From assembly GCF_963921235.1 (NCBI RefSeq), contig NC_086097.1:197472001-197536000 (forward strand): a DNA stretch of 64,000 bases. The letters run 5' to 3'. This DNA comes from Mobula hypostoma. Its lineage: Eukaryota. Shown here one piece after another: positions 49,052 to 61,387 of this stretch. Both the position numbers and the translations under genes were made by a program. Each line of letters begins with the position of its first letter. Positions within the stretch are counted from its first letter, which is position 1. The notes below the pieces were generated by a model that was not told the origin of the DNA, searched no databases, and saw only the letters and a list, made by a program, of their open reading frames with translations.

Positions 49052-51172
49052 CATAAGACAATAAAATATAGGAGCAGAATTAGGCCACTTGGACCATCAA
49101 GTCTGCTCCATCATTTCAACTTGGCTGATTCAGTTTTCCTCTCAGCCCCAAACTCCTGCCTTCTCCCTGTATCCCATCATGCCATGATAAATCAAGAATC
49201 TATCAAATTCTGCCTTAACTATACATAAAAACCTAGCCTCCACAGCAGCCAGTGGCAAAGAATTCCACAGATTCACTACTCTTTGGCTAAAGAAATTCTT
49301 TCTTATCCCTGTTCTAAAAGGATACCCTTTTATTCTGAGGCTGTCCCCTCTGGTCTTAGACTGTCCCACCATAGGGAACATCCTCTCCACAACCTATCTA
49401 TCAAGGACTGTTTGATACTTTTCAAAGAGGTCACCCTCATTCTTCTGATTTCTAGTAAATACATGCCCAGAGCCACCGGATGCTCTTATATGACAAGCTA
49501 TTTAATCCTGAAATAATTTTCATGAACCTCCTTTGAACCCTCCAGTTTCAGCACATCCTTTCTAAGAAAAGGGGACTAAAGGGGAGGAGAAGATGGCGCG
49601 ACGCAGCGTGCGCGGCCGCTCTGAAATGATATCGTATTTGTTAAGTGGGGGCCGTGCACAATCCTGATTTGATGGAGACAGAAGTGAGAAGCATGGAGGA
49701 ACATCTGGAGAAACTTCTGAAATGCCTGCTTCGCTGCCGTTACTACTGTGCGATTGAGAATCTCCAGAGGGGAAGGCCCCAAATCCTCGGCTTTGCCTAT
49801 TGCCTGTTGCTGGGGCCGGGATCGAAGCGCTCGGCAGAGATAGTGCTCGGTGTCGGAGGGCTGGTCGGAGGCTTGAAGTTTTCGGACGGACTCAAGAGTT
49901 GGCTGTGGTCAGGTGCTTCCACGGTGCTGCATCGGCAAGTTTGCGGTGCTGGAGGTTCATGGCAGGAAGAGAGTTTCTCTTCCTTCTACCGTCTGCATGA
50001 GATGATGGGACTTTCGAGAGACTTTGAGACTTTTTTTTACTGTGCATATGGTCTGTTCTTTATCAAATTACAGTATTGCTTTGCACTATTGTAACTATAT
50101 GTTGTAATTATGTGGTTTTTGTCAGTTTTTTTAGTCTTGGTTTGTCTTGTGTTTCTGTGATATCATTCTGGAGGAACATTGTATCATTTCTTAATGCATG
50201 TATTACTAAATGACAATAAAAGAGGACTATGTGTCCTCATAACCTAAATCTAATCTAAACCTGCTCACAATACTACAAGTGAGGCCTCAACAGTGTTTTA
50301 TAAAGTCACAACATTACATCCTTGCTTTTATGTTCCAGTCCTCTTTGAAATGCATGCTAACATTGCATTTATCCTCCTCATGACAGACTTAACCTGCAAA
50401 CTAACCTTCAGGGAATTTTGCACAAGGACTCCAAGTCCCTTTGCACCTCAGATTTTTAAATTTTCTCTTCATTTGGAAAATAGTCAACCCTTTCATTTCT
50501 TCTACCAAAGTGTATGACCATACATTTCCCAGCAATGCTATTTTGCCCATTCTCCTAATTTGTCTAAGTCCTTTTGTAGCCTATTTTCTCAAAACTACCA
50601 GCCCCTCCACTTATCTTCATATCGTCTGCAAACTTTGCAACAAAGCCATCAATTTCATCGTCCAAATCATTGACATATAACGTAAAAAGAATCAATCCCA
50701 ACACAGACTCCTGCAGAACACCACCAGTCACTGGAAGCTGAACAGAAAAGAGCTCCTTTATTAGCCAAGGCCTCCTTTGTCTGCTGCCAGTCAGCCAATA
50801 TTCTGTCCATGCCAGTATCATTCCTGTAATACATTGGGCTCGTAGCTTGTTAAACAGCCACATGTGTGGCACCTTGTCAAAAGCCTTCTGAAAATCCAAG
50901 TACATAACATCAACTGATTCTCCTTTGTACATCCTGCTTGTTACTACTTCAAAAAATTCCAGTGCATTTGTCAGGGAAGATTTTCCCTTGAAGAAACTGT
51001 GCTGACTACAGCCTATTTCATCATGTACCTCCAAGTACCTGAAGACCTCATCCTTAATAATTGACTCCAACATCTTCTCAACCACTGAGGTCAGACTAAC
51101 TGCGCTATAGTTTCCTTTCTGCTGACTGTCTTCCTTCTTGAAGAGTGGAGTGACATTTCCTATTTTCCAGGT
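49052..51172 (-). mobile_element. CR1 LINE 3' half, split by a non-autonomous element at 49581-50254
   Basis: ORFs 50564-51178 (YLDFQKAFDKVPH...KFADD) and 49142-49390. Confidence 0.88.
49581..50254 (+). mobile_element. About 675-bp non-autonomous retroelement (SINE-like, probably Rex/LINE-mobilised)
   Basis: CpG-rich 5' end ggggaggagaagatggcgcg and no credible ORF. AATAAA at 50215, then hairpin gaggac-tatgt-gtcctc and an aatct-repeat tail. Flanked by ctaaa/ctaaa; the host CR1 resumes directly after. Confidence 0.75.
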
Positions 51173-51308
51173 TTGCAAAAGGCCTGGTTTAGTAACGTGT
51201 TAGTTTCTTTTGGGTTGTTGAGAAAAAAAATATCATCATGGTGTTGGAAACTTGAAATGTATGTATTTTGGCAAAAAGTAGTTATTCCAAACCAATTTTG
51301 TTTTACAG

Positions 51309-51451
51309 ACACTAGAAGCCATTTTGAACTTCAAATATTCTGGTGGACCAGGTCATAGCGAAGGATACTACAGGAATGTTTCTTTGGGACTTCATGTGGA
51401 TGTCGAGCCATCAGTATTCTTTACAAGGGTCAGCACTCTTCCTGCAACAAG
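51309..51451 (+). CDS. TRAPPC9: Internal coding exon of trafficking protein particle complex subunit 9 (NIBP); equivalent to human exon ~18, phase 0 to phase 2
   Basis: Acceptor ttttgttttacag and donor AAG|gtacag flank 143 nt. The translation [47 protein letters not shown](S) matches my recollection of human TRAPPC9 ([48 protein letters not shown]) nearly residue for residue. It is absent from the ORF track because there is no start codon in this frame. Confidence 0.96.
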
Positions 51452-52919
51452 GTACAGCACTTTGTAACATAAGCTTTTATTGCATCTTCAAAGTACAAAA
51501 TAATCTTAACACAAGCAAATACAAAGGTTTATATATCTATAGTGACTCTCACTTAATAAAACATGTTACTGCCTTTCATACCAGTAATCATAGAACAAAA
51601 TTATTGCTATTTTGGTATGTTGGAAAGGTCAAACGTTATTACTTCACACTCATTACATTTCAAAGTTAGTCGTGTGTCACCGTTTTGATTTGCTTCAGTC
51701 TTAGCAGAGATGTTAATCTTTCATGGTGGCTTTAAGTCCCAATGACAATTAAGAAACAGTGATATGCTTACAATTAAGAATGTTTTGTGACCTGGAAGAG
51801 ACCCAGCAGATCATTGTGATCTCATATTGCAACTGCTTTTGTACCTGAGTGTGGTAGTTACTGCAGATCATGAAGAAGCCTAACTTAGTAACGACAATGA
51901 GCTTTCAACATAGTACATGATGCAGCTGCAGTGCTCTGTTGAAACTTTGAAATGGAGTCTTAGGTCTCAAAGAAAGAAGATGCCTTGATCTGGATGATGT
52001 TGACTGACCTTTAGAGTGTTGTTAGGATTGAACACATCCCAACAAAAGGAGAGTAGTTTATTATAGTGTTAGTTTTGCATATGCAATGAAGCATTGGAAG
52101 ATCAGAAGGTGAAACACTTTCTACAGGATTCCCACTCTTTAGCCTGCTTTTTTTTACTATAGAATTTATGTTGCTGATCCAGTTGTATCCATTGGTCAAT
52201 GGTGACTACCCTACCACTTCCATCAACATCAGGTACAGTTGATTGTGAGGACATGGTGATGCATTGAATATTAAGAGAAGGTGGTTAGATTCTATCTTGT
52301 TGCAGTTGGACAGTGTTATGTATCACTCCATTCCAAAATATCATCCACATCTTGTCAGGTTAAGACATGGACATAGAGTTTTGAATGGAACTAAATATTG
52401 TGCAATTATTACTTGGAAGGCAGGTTGTAGAAGAAGTAGCTGAAGATGATTAGACCAAAGATGCATACCCATGGAAACACCTGCAACAACATTTTTGAGT
52501 AGAGCTGATGAACCTCCACCACAACTTGCTTTATTTTTGATATAACTGCAGTCAGTGGAGGGATTTTCTGTTTTCTCATGGACTTCGGTTTCACACATTT
52601 CCATCAGTGTTTGGACAATTATTGCTTTCCTTTCAAGGGCAATTATTCTCACTTGATGTTCTGGAGTTCAGTTCTTTTATTCATCCTTGTAGTAAGGCAA
52701 TTGTTTATTGGGATCCAGAACAAAGCGGACTAGAAGTATGACAAGACTACCAAGATATATTAACATGTGACAAAAACATGCATAGATTAAATGTTACTTC
52801 TAAGTGTTTTGAAACAATAGAAATAGGTGGTGCGATGAAAATTTCTGCATTTCAGAAATTAGGACCTACATAAAGCAGAAAAAAAGTGAGTGGTGCAAAG
52901 TGATCTCGGAGAGATGAAT

Positions 52920-54505
52920 ATAGAAGCATAGAAAACCTACAGCACAATACAGGCTTTTCGGCCCATGATGCTGTGCCAAACATATACTTACTTTTGAAAT
53001 TACCTAGGGTTACCTATAGCCCTCTATTTTTCTAAGCTCCGTGTACCTATCCAGGAGTCTCTTAAAAGACTTTATTATATTTGCCTCCACCACCGTTGCT
53101 GGCAGCCCATTCCATGCACTCACCACCCTCTGCATAAAAAAAACGTACCCCTGACATCTCCTCTGCACCTACTTCCAAGCACCTTAAAACTGTGCCCTTT
53201 CATGTAAGCCATTTCAGCCCTGGGAAAAAGCCTCTGACTATCCACATTATCAATGCCTCTCATCATCTTATATATCAGGTCACCTTTCATCCTCCATTGC
53301 TCCAAGGAGAAAAGGCCAAATTCACTCAACCTATTTTCATAAGGCATGCTTCACAATCCAGGCGACATCCTTGTAAATCTCCTCTGCAACCTTTCTATAG
53401 GTTCCACATCCTTCCTGTAGTGAGGTGACCGGAACTGAGCACAGTACTCCAAGTGGGGTCTGACCGGGGTCCTATATAGCTGTAACATTACCTCTCGGCT
53501 CTTAAACTGAATTCCACGATTGATGAAGGCCAATGTACCGTATGCCTTCTTAACCACAGAGTCAACCTGCGCAGCAGCCTTGAGTGTCTTATGTACTCGG
53601 ACCCCAAGCTCCCTCTGATCCTCCGCACTTCCGAGAGTCTTACCATTAATACTATATTCTGCCATCATATTTGACCTACCAAAATGAACCACCTCACATT
53701 TATCTGGGTTGAACTCCATCTGTCACTTCTCAAGCCCAGTTTTGCATCCTATCAATGTCCCACTGTAACCTCTGACAGCCCTCCACACTATCCACAGCAC
53801 CCCCCAACCTTTGTGTCATCAGCAAATTTACTAACCCATCCTTCCACTTCCTCATCCGGGTCATTTATAAAGATCACGAAGAGAAGGGATCCCAGAACAG
53901 ATCCCTGAGGCACACCACTGGTCACCGATCTCCATGCAGAATATGACCCATCTACAACCAGTCTTTGTCTTCTGTGGGCAAGCCAATTCTGGATCCACAA
54001 AGCAATGTCCCCTTGGATCCCATGCCTCCTTACTTTCTCAATAAGCCTTGCATGGGGTACCTTAGCAAATGCCTTGCTGAAATCCAGATACATTACATCT
54101 TCTGCTCTACCTTCATCAATGTGTTTAGTCATATCCTCAAAAAATTCAATCAGGCTTGTAAGGCACGACCTGCCTTTGACAAAGTCATGCTGACTATTCC
54201 TAATCGTATTATGCCTCTTCAAATGTTCATAAATCCTGCCCCTCAGGATCTTCTCCATCAACTTACCAACCACTGAAGTAAGACTCACTGGTCTATAATT
54301 TCCTGGGCTAACTCTACTCCCTTTCTTGAATAATGGAACAACATCTGCAACCCTTCAATCCTTCAGAACCTCTCCTGTCCCTATTGAGGATGCAAAGATC
54401 ATTGCCAGAGGATCAGCAATCTCCTCCCTCACGTCCCAGGGTAGCCTGGGGTATATCACGTCTGGTCCCGGTGACTTATCCAATTTAATGTTTTCCAAAA
54501 GCTCC
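52920..54505 (-). mobile_element. 5'-truncated CR1 LINE
   Basis: ORFs 53788-54288 ([14 protein letters not shown]), 53351-53719 and 53120-53347, with tail tagaagcatagaaaacctacagcac. Confidence 0.9.
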
Positions 54506-57119
54506 CGGAGAGATGAAAGAGATGGGGAATGGGGCTAGTAAGGGCATGAAGAAATTGGCAAGTAATGTTAAAAATGTTACGACTGGCATATTGCTGGAGT
54601 GGAATCTATTGTTGGTCAGCTGATAATGACGAGATACATGTTTGGATATAATGAGAGTTTTGAATGAGGTGAGGTTTATGGAAAGTACAAAATAGGATAC
54701 CAACTGGACCGACTAGGGTCAGAAGTAAATCAGGTAATTTTAGATGGACATGATAATAGTGGTGAGATGATTAAGAGATGAGAATTTTGACTAGGGGAAT
54801 AACCTTTGCTACTGCTTTTAATATATTGTTTAGAGTCCAAACGGGGACTGGTAAGAAGAATGGAGTTGGTGCAAAAAATTGAAAATGCATTAGGCATTCA
54901 TTGGGTCAGACAAATTTAACAGTTCAAGTTGCAGACACTTCAGAACAGAGAAAGATTAAAACATGTTAAAGATGCCTAAGGTTAAGGAGGGATGAATTGG
55001 GGAAAAGCATTTTCATCTTTTTACTTCGATGTTAAAATGAAACTGAGTATGTGTATCTCAAGCCAATTTATTGGCATTACTTCATTGCATGTTTAGCTTA
55101 AATTCATTGTAAATCAATACACAAAGTTGTTAGTGTAATTGAGCAGAACTGATAATGTATTTATGGTGGGTTTTAAATGTCATGTCAACTAATTACATAA
55201 AGATTACTTATTTAGCATGTTGGTGCAGGAGCCCTGAGATGAATAAATAGTTTTTGTCCCATGATCCCATGAAACTGTGTAACACGTGCTTAAAATTAAA
55301 CGTGAGCATGTTATATATCATCATAACAAATAATAGACTTTTACTGCATTAAAAATGAACATTTGGCTCATCATAACAAAGCCTAGTGAAAAAGTAATTC
55401 AGGTTAATTACACTTTTCAGTTTTAGGTCTGTGGTATCACTGGTTTCAAACTTTGAAAAGTTTATTCATGTACTCTTTAAGTGTGATAATTGTTACGTAA
55501 ACGGCAACAATGAATATCAGTCGAGACAGGTTATGTAAAAACAACCATTTATTAAACACGTATAAACGATAAGGGAAAAAATGAAATGAAAACTTTAACC
55601 GGAAGTTAACAGATATGCAGCCGTTCACCAACTCGCCACTTGGCTCTGGTTCTTAAAGTGTTAAATGCGAAAACAGTTCTTAAAGCGATACAGTCAGATA
55701 TAGTTCTTAAAGTGATAACTTCAAAAGTCCAACAGTTTTACACATTCAATTGGGAGAGACTTCTCTGGAGAAGGATTTCTTCACAGACGCACCTTTACTG
55801 CTGGTTCTGTCCACAGGATTCACGATGCCGAAAATAAACAGTTTAAATCAACTGACCTTAAATTCCTTTAGAGAGAGAGAGAGAGCACCTTTTTGCATGA
55901 ACTCCTTGCTCTTTCTGGCAAGAGTTATCTCGATGCAGGTACTCCTCCAATGAAGACTCAATAAGGTCGATTCTTTATTAAACTTCCAAACGATGCTGAC
56001 TTCTCTCGACCCTTCGATAAATTCTTCACTCTCCCTTCAACTGTTGGAATTGAGTAAATTGGCACATCCAGCCACAAATTTCCAGTCCAAATAATATGGA
56101 ATCTTTCAACAGAACGCACAACCGTTTTAAAAATGAAACTGCATCACAAAAACAAACACAACAGAAACGGAGGTACAGCACGTTCTACCTGGAAATCTAC
56201 AAACTCAAAAACCCTACTGCGTCACCTGAGTCAACCCTTATATAGTCATGGGGCACATGTCATCACGTGACCTCACATTGGTGGGAAAATCACATCAGGT
56301 GACCTCCAAAAAACTATTACATCATTCTCACTAAAAAAAAGGTCTCCTTGAGCATGTAACACCTCCCTGCAAAAAAAAAATTTTGGTCTCTTGAAGAACA
56401 AAATTTTAACAATTTATACAAAACAAATACAAAGGTATAAAATTTACAAAATACACAATATATACAATCTTATCTTTCAGCCCTTTACAACATCTAGACA
56501 AACAATCAGTGATCACATTGTCTTTACCCTTAATATGAGTGATCAAAATATTGTACTCCTGTAACATTAAACTGTGGTATTAAATTGGAGTCTAATTTCC
56601 TTCACCCTTTTCCTTAACTGTTACAGTGGCATGACCAAATTCACTTTTAGCTAAGTTAATAGTTAAGTTAGCTTTTGAAAGTCTCTCAAATAATTTCTCC
56701 ACCACCGTTACATGTGCTTTCCACGTACTATTCCCTGTAACCAAATCATCAATATAGGCATCTGTCCTCTGAAAAGTACTTGGTGCATCATTCTTCATCC
56801 CAAATGTAAGAACATTATATTCATATAACCCAGATGGGGTTACAAATGCTGAAATCTCTCTACCTCTATCCATTAATGGAACACACCAATAACCTTTTAA
56901 CAAATCAATAACCTTTTAACAAATCAATTTTTGTAAGGATTTTGTCCTGTCCAATTTTATCCACACAATCATCTACCCTAGGGATTGGATATGCATTGGT
57001 CTTTGACACAGCATTCACCTTTCTGTAATCAGTACAAAACCTAATACTATTGTCTGGTTTAGGCACCATAACACACGGTGAAACCCAATTCGAATTAGAA
57101 TGTCAAATAATATCATTCT

Positions 57120-59978
57120 CTAGCATATACTTAAGTTCTTGTTCAGCAAGTGCATATTTTCCCTGTTCACTTGATACGGATGTTGTTTTATGGGTTTTGC
57201 ATCTCCAACATCTACATCTTGTGTAGCTACAGTGGTTCTTCTAGGGACGTCTGGAAATAAATCTCTGTACTTAAGAATTAACTGTTTCATCTGCTCTGTC
57301 TGTAAATGAGCTAATTTTTCATCAATATTTTCCAGAAGTTTTGAATTTGGTAACCTGGCTGAAATAATGTTGGGTTTAAAATGAGTTTCGGATGAATCCT
57401 CCAGTAAGTTTTCATCAAGATCAGACAAATTATTGATCACAACAGTCATAGTAGCAACTTCTGTCTCATAATACGGTTTTATCATATTTATATGACACAG
57501 CTGTGTTGTCTTCCTCCGATCTGTGGTTTTTACCACATAATCCACCTCATTTACCTTAGATTTAATCTCATAAGGACCATGGAATTTGGCTTGTAATGGG
57601 TTTGTTTGCACTGGGAAGAGAACCAACACCTTATCTCCAGGCTTAAATGACCTCATCCTAGCTTCCTTATCATACCACATCTTCATCTTCTCTTGAGCTA
57701 ACTTTAAATTTTCCTTGGCCAAACTACAAGCTTTGTACAATCTGTCTTTAAATTTCAAAACATAATCTAGCAAACTAGTGTATACTCCTTTATTAATCCA
57801 CTGTTCCTTCAACAAAGCCAAAGGTCCTCGAACTCTATGTCCAAACACAAGTTCAAAAGGTCTAAAACCTAATGATTCCTGTACTGCCTCTCTTACTGCA
57901 AAAAGTAGTAAATGTATACCTTCATCCCAGTCCTTTTCATTTTCCACACAATATGTCCTAATCATAGTTTTTAGCGTAGAATGAAATCTCTCCAAGGCTC
58001 CTTGTGATTCTGGATGATAGACTGAGGAAATAATCTGCTTTGCTCCCAGTTTATAAACTATCTGCTGAAACAACCCAGACATAAAATTACTACCTTGATC
58101 TGATTGTATTTCCGTAGGCAACCCAAAATAAGTGAAGAATTTTGTAAGAGCCTTTGTCACAGTTTTAGCTGTTATATTTCTAAGAGGTACTGCCTCTGGA
58201 AACCTAGACGCTGTGCACATAATAGTTAATAAATATTGATGTCCAGTTTTAGTTTTTGACAAAGGACCTACACAGTCTACAATGATTTTTGAGAACGGCT
58301 CACCAAATACTGGAATTGGTTGCAGTGGGGCCACTGGAGTAACCTGATTTGGTTTACCAACAATTTGACATGTATGACATGTTCTACAAAATGTCGCCAT
58401 ATCTTGTCTTAAACTAGGCCAATAAAAATGTTTAGAAACTTTGTTCATAGTTTTCTTAACCCCTAAATGACCACGCAAAGGAATACTATGAGCCATAGTC
58501 AAAATCTCATTTCGGTAAATTTTAGGAACAATAACCTGATGATTAACTTCCCATTCCTCACTAGCAGGAATGGTAGGCGATCTCCACTTTCTCATTAATA
58601 CCCCTTTCTCAAAATAATATCCAACTGGTACTTTTTCAATTTCACTATCTGGAAGAGCTTGTTCTTTTAATTTAACTATCACAGGATCCCTACCCTGCTC
58701 TGCTATCATCTCCTTCCGAGATAAAGACAAATCTTCCTGATCAGACTTACCACCAGAATCCTGATCAAATAAGGTAGGTAAGAAAGTTTCTGATACATTC
58801 TCAAAATTCGAAACTTGATTTGAACTGTCATGGGTAACAACCTCATCCTTTACATCAGTCTTTTTAGCCATAGCTCTTGTTACAACACAGGAAGAATTGG
58901 TGTTAGAATCCCTCTGTGGTTCCTCAGAATTTGAATTGATTGTCAAATGCACTTCAGAAAAAACTTGTCCACCTGCTAAATCATTCTCTAACAAAAGGGA
59001 AACATCATTCACAGGTAAATTGGATTGTAGTCCTACTTTAACAACCCCTGTAACTAATCCTGACCTTAAATTTACTCTATGTAAATGTACTGGCATAAGG
59101 GCACTCCCTACTCCTCTTATATAATTTACCTCAAAAGTGTCAGACTCATCACTAAACCTTAGCACACTGTCTAATATTAGTGATTGCGAAGCTCCAGTAT
59201 CTCTAAGTATCCTTATTGGTACTGCATTGGATCCTTCTTTCAAGGATACAAATCCTTCTGTTATAAAAGCTTCATATCCCTTCTTAACTTGGTCAGACTC
59301 TGACACATTTTCATTAATATTTTCTAAACCCTGTGGTTTTACAGGTTTTCCAATATGCTGCACACAAGCATCTGGGGCCACTTCTTTCTCTTTCCGTTTC
59401 AATCGGAAGCAATTAGCCACTACATGTCCAGGTTTCTTACAATAATTACAAATAATACCAAAATGTCTTTCCTTCACATGTCTCCCTTCATCCTTACTTT
59501 TCTCACTAACTTCAGATTTAATGTCTGATTTACCTTGACTCTCTGTGCTAGTTTTCCTTTTAAAAAATTTACCTGGAGAAAATTTATTCTTGTGAATTAA
59601 AACATACTCATCAGCCAGTTTAGCAATCTCCTGCAATGTAGCAGTGTCCCGTTCATTTAAGTATGTTCTCACTTCAACAGGAACGCTTCTTTTAAATTCC
59701 TCCTGCAAAATCAGCTCTCTTAACTTATTATACTCTTCATTCACATTTTTAGAGGAAACCCATCTCTCAAAACACACAGATTTTTCACAGGCAAATTCCA
59801 CATAAGTTTTTTCCACCGATTTCTTTAAACTTCTAAATCTTTCTTTATACGCTTCCGGAACCATCTCATATGCCTTTAATATTTGCTGTTTAACAATATC
59901 ATAATCCAGTGCTTGCTCAGCATTTAAAGCTGTATAAACTTGTTGTGCCTTGCCTTTAATTACACTTTGTAACATCAC
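57120..59978 (-). CDS. 952-aa uninterrupted Gag-protease-integrase ORF of the Gmr1-like element
   Basis: Motifs CNYCKKPGHVVANC, ILRDTGASQS, AH..PL.GHLG...CRTCHTC, VDCVGP, SDQGSNF, SQGALER and FHGPY. It is in frame with upstream ORF 59982-60254 across a single TGA. Confidence 0.85.
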   Translation of the reverse strand: MMLQSVIKGKAQQVYTALNAEQALDYDIVKQQILKAYEMVPEAYKERFRSLKKSVEKTYVEFACEKSVCFERWVSSKNVNEEYNKLRELILQEEFKRSVPVEVRTYLNERDTATLQEIAKLADEYVLIHKNKFSPGKFFKRKTSTESQGKSDIKSEVSEKSKDEGRHVKERHFGIICNYCKKPGHVVANCFRLKRKEKEVAPDACVQHIGKPVKPQGLENINENVSESDQVKKGYEAFITEGFVSLKEGSNAVPIRILRDTGASQSLILDSVLRFSDESDTFEVNYIRGVGSALMPVHLHRVNLRSGLVTGVVKVGLQSNLPVNDVSLLLENDLAGGQVFSEVHLTINSNSEEPQRDSNTNSSCVVTRAMAKKTDVKDEVVTHDSSNQVSNFENVSETFLPTLFDQDSGGKSDQEDLSLSRKEMIAEQGRDPVIVKLKEQALPDSEIEKVPVGYYFEKGVLMRKWRSPTIPASEEWEVNHQVIVPKIYRNEILTMAHSIPLRGHLGVKKTMNKVSKHFYWPSLRQDMATFCRTCHTCQIVGKPNQVTPVAPLQPIPVFGEPFSKIIVDCVGPLSKTKTGHQYLLTIMCTASRFPEAVPLRNITAKTVTKALTKFFTYFGLPTEIQSDQGSNFMSGLFQQIVYKLGAKQIISSVYHPESQGALERFHSTLKTMIRTYCVENEKDWDEGIHLLLFAVREAVQESLGFRPFELVFGHRVRGPLALLKEQWINKGVYTSLLDYVLKFKDRLYKACSLAKENLKLAQEKMKMWYDKEARMRSFKPGDKVLVLFPVQTNPLQAKFHGPYEIKSKVNEVDYVVKTTDRRKTTQLCHINMIKPYYETEVATMTVVINNLSDLDENLLEDSSETHFKPNIISARLPNSKLLENIDEKLAHLQTEQMKQLILKYRDLFPDVPRRTTVATQDVDVGDAKPIKQHPYQVNRENMHLLNKNLSIC

Positions 59979-60578
59979 TGGTCATTGGTCCTTCGGCCAT
60001 TTTAAACTCAGAGCAACTGTTTCGAAATGCTGGAAATACGCGTCCACATCAGCTTCATTAAATGGAGGAGCCAAAATAACCTCACAACGAGCAATAAATT
60101 GTTTCGGCGAACCAGAAGACTGATTCCCAGACCTTATTTTCTCCATCACTGGCTCAAATATCCTCTGGTTTTCAGCTTCTCTTTCTTTCATTTCCACTTT
60201 AAATCTTTCAAACTTTAACTGTTCAAGATGCAACTGCATTTCCAGATTACTCATTAAAATATTCCAAATTAATATAATGTTCTAACACCTCCTCATCAAA
60301 ATATTCCAAATTAATATAATGTTCAGCAATTTTCCTTTGTATGAAAGCCTTAGTGGAATTTCTCGTAATTCCTTTAATATCCAACTTCCTAGCAATCTCC
60401 AATACCACAGGTTTTCTCACATTCTGTTAAAATCCCAAGTCAGGCATCTTCAAAAACCCGTCAATATCCATTGTTGCCGAATACAACTCACACACCAATC
60501 AAACCAAAAAAAATCAGGTATTTCCCTTTTCCAAATCAAAATGGCAATTACCAGCACTTAAACTCAAAATCGGAACAT

Positions 60579-60596
60579 ATCCTGGACGAGCCCCCA
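60579..60596 (-). other. Primer-binding site complementary to the tRNA-Pro 3' end
   Basis: TGGGGGCTCGTCCAGGAT versus the canonical tRNA-Pro PBS TGGGGGCTCGTCCGGGAT (17/18), 7 nt inside the 5' LTR boundary. Confidence 0.9.
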
Positions 60597-61332
60597 CAGA
60601 TTATGTTACATAAACGGCAACAATGAATATCAATTGAAACAGGTTATATAAAAACAACCAAACATTTATTAAACACGTATAAACGATAAGGGAAAAAAAG
60701 AAACGAAAACTTTAACTGGAAGTTAACAGATATGCAGCTGTTCACCAACTCGCCACTCGGCTCTGGTTCTTAAAGCGTTAAATGCGAAAACAGGTCTTAA
60801 AGCGATACAGTCAGGTATAGTTCTTAAAGCGATAACTTCGAAATTCCAACAGTTTTACACATTCAATTGGGAGAGACTTCTCTGGAGAAGGATTTCTTCA
60901 CAGACGCACCTTTACTGCTGGTTCAGTCCACAGGATTCACGATGCCGAAAATAAACAGTTTAAATCAACTGACCTTAAATTCCTTTAGAGAGAGAGAGAG
61001 CGCCTTTTTGCATGAACTCCTTGCTGTTTCTGGCAAGAGTTATCTTGATGCAGGTACTCCTCCAACGAAGACTCAATAAGGTTGATTCTTTATTAAATTG
61101 GCAAACAATGCTGACTTCTCTCAATCCTTCGATAAATTATTCACTCTCCCTTCAACTGTTGGAATTGAGTAAATTGGCACATCCAGCCACAAATTTCCAG
61201 TCCAAATAATATGGAATCCTTCAACAGAACGCACAACCGTTTTAAAAATGAAACTGCGTCACAAAAACAGATGCAATAGAAACGGAGGTACAACACGTTC
61301 TACCTGGAAATCTACAAACTCAAAAAACCTAC

Positions 61333-61387
61333 TGCGTCACCTGAGTCAACCCTTATATAGTCACGGGGCACATGTCATCACGTGACC
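61333..61387 (-). promoter_or_regulatory. Putative LTR core promoter; a second copy lies at about 56218-56272
   Basis: On the minus strand, E-box GTCACGTGAT (CACGTG at 61379-84) lies about 20 nt upstream of TATATAA (61353-59), followed by AP-1 TGACTCA (61342-48) and TGACGCA. Confidence 0.55.

Noticed and set aside
49645..50094. 149-aa plus-strand ORF
   Set aside because: It lies inside a GC-rich non-autonomous repeat and has no recognisable domain.
55645..55720. Three ttcttaaag-g-ta repeats at about 27-bp spacing (CRISPR-like look)
   Set aside because: These are internal sub-repeats present in both LTRs of the Gypsy element. They are too short and too few, the context is eukaryotic, and there are no cas genes.
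57120..59978. Domesticated SCAN/integrase host gene or endogenous retrovirus
   Set aside because: It is flanked by paired LTRs, a PBS, a PPT and a TSD, has no env, and has Gypsy-type RT. It is a retrotransposon copy.
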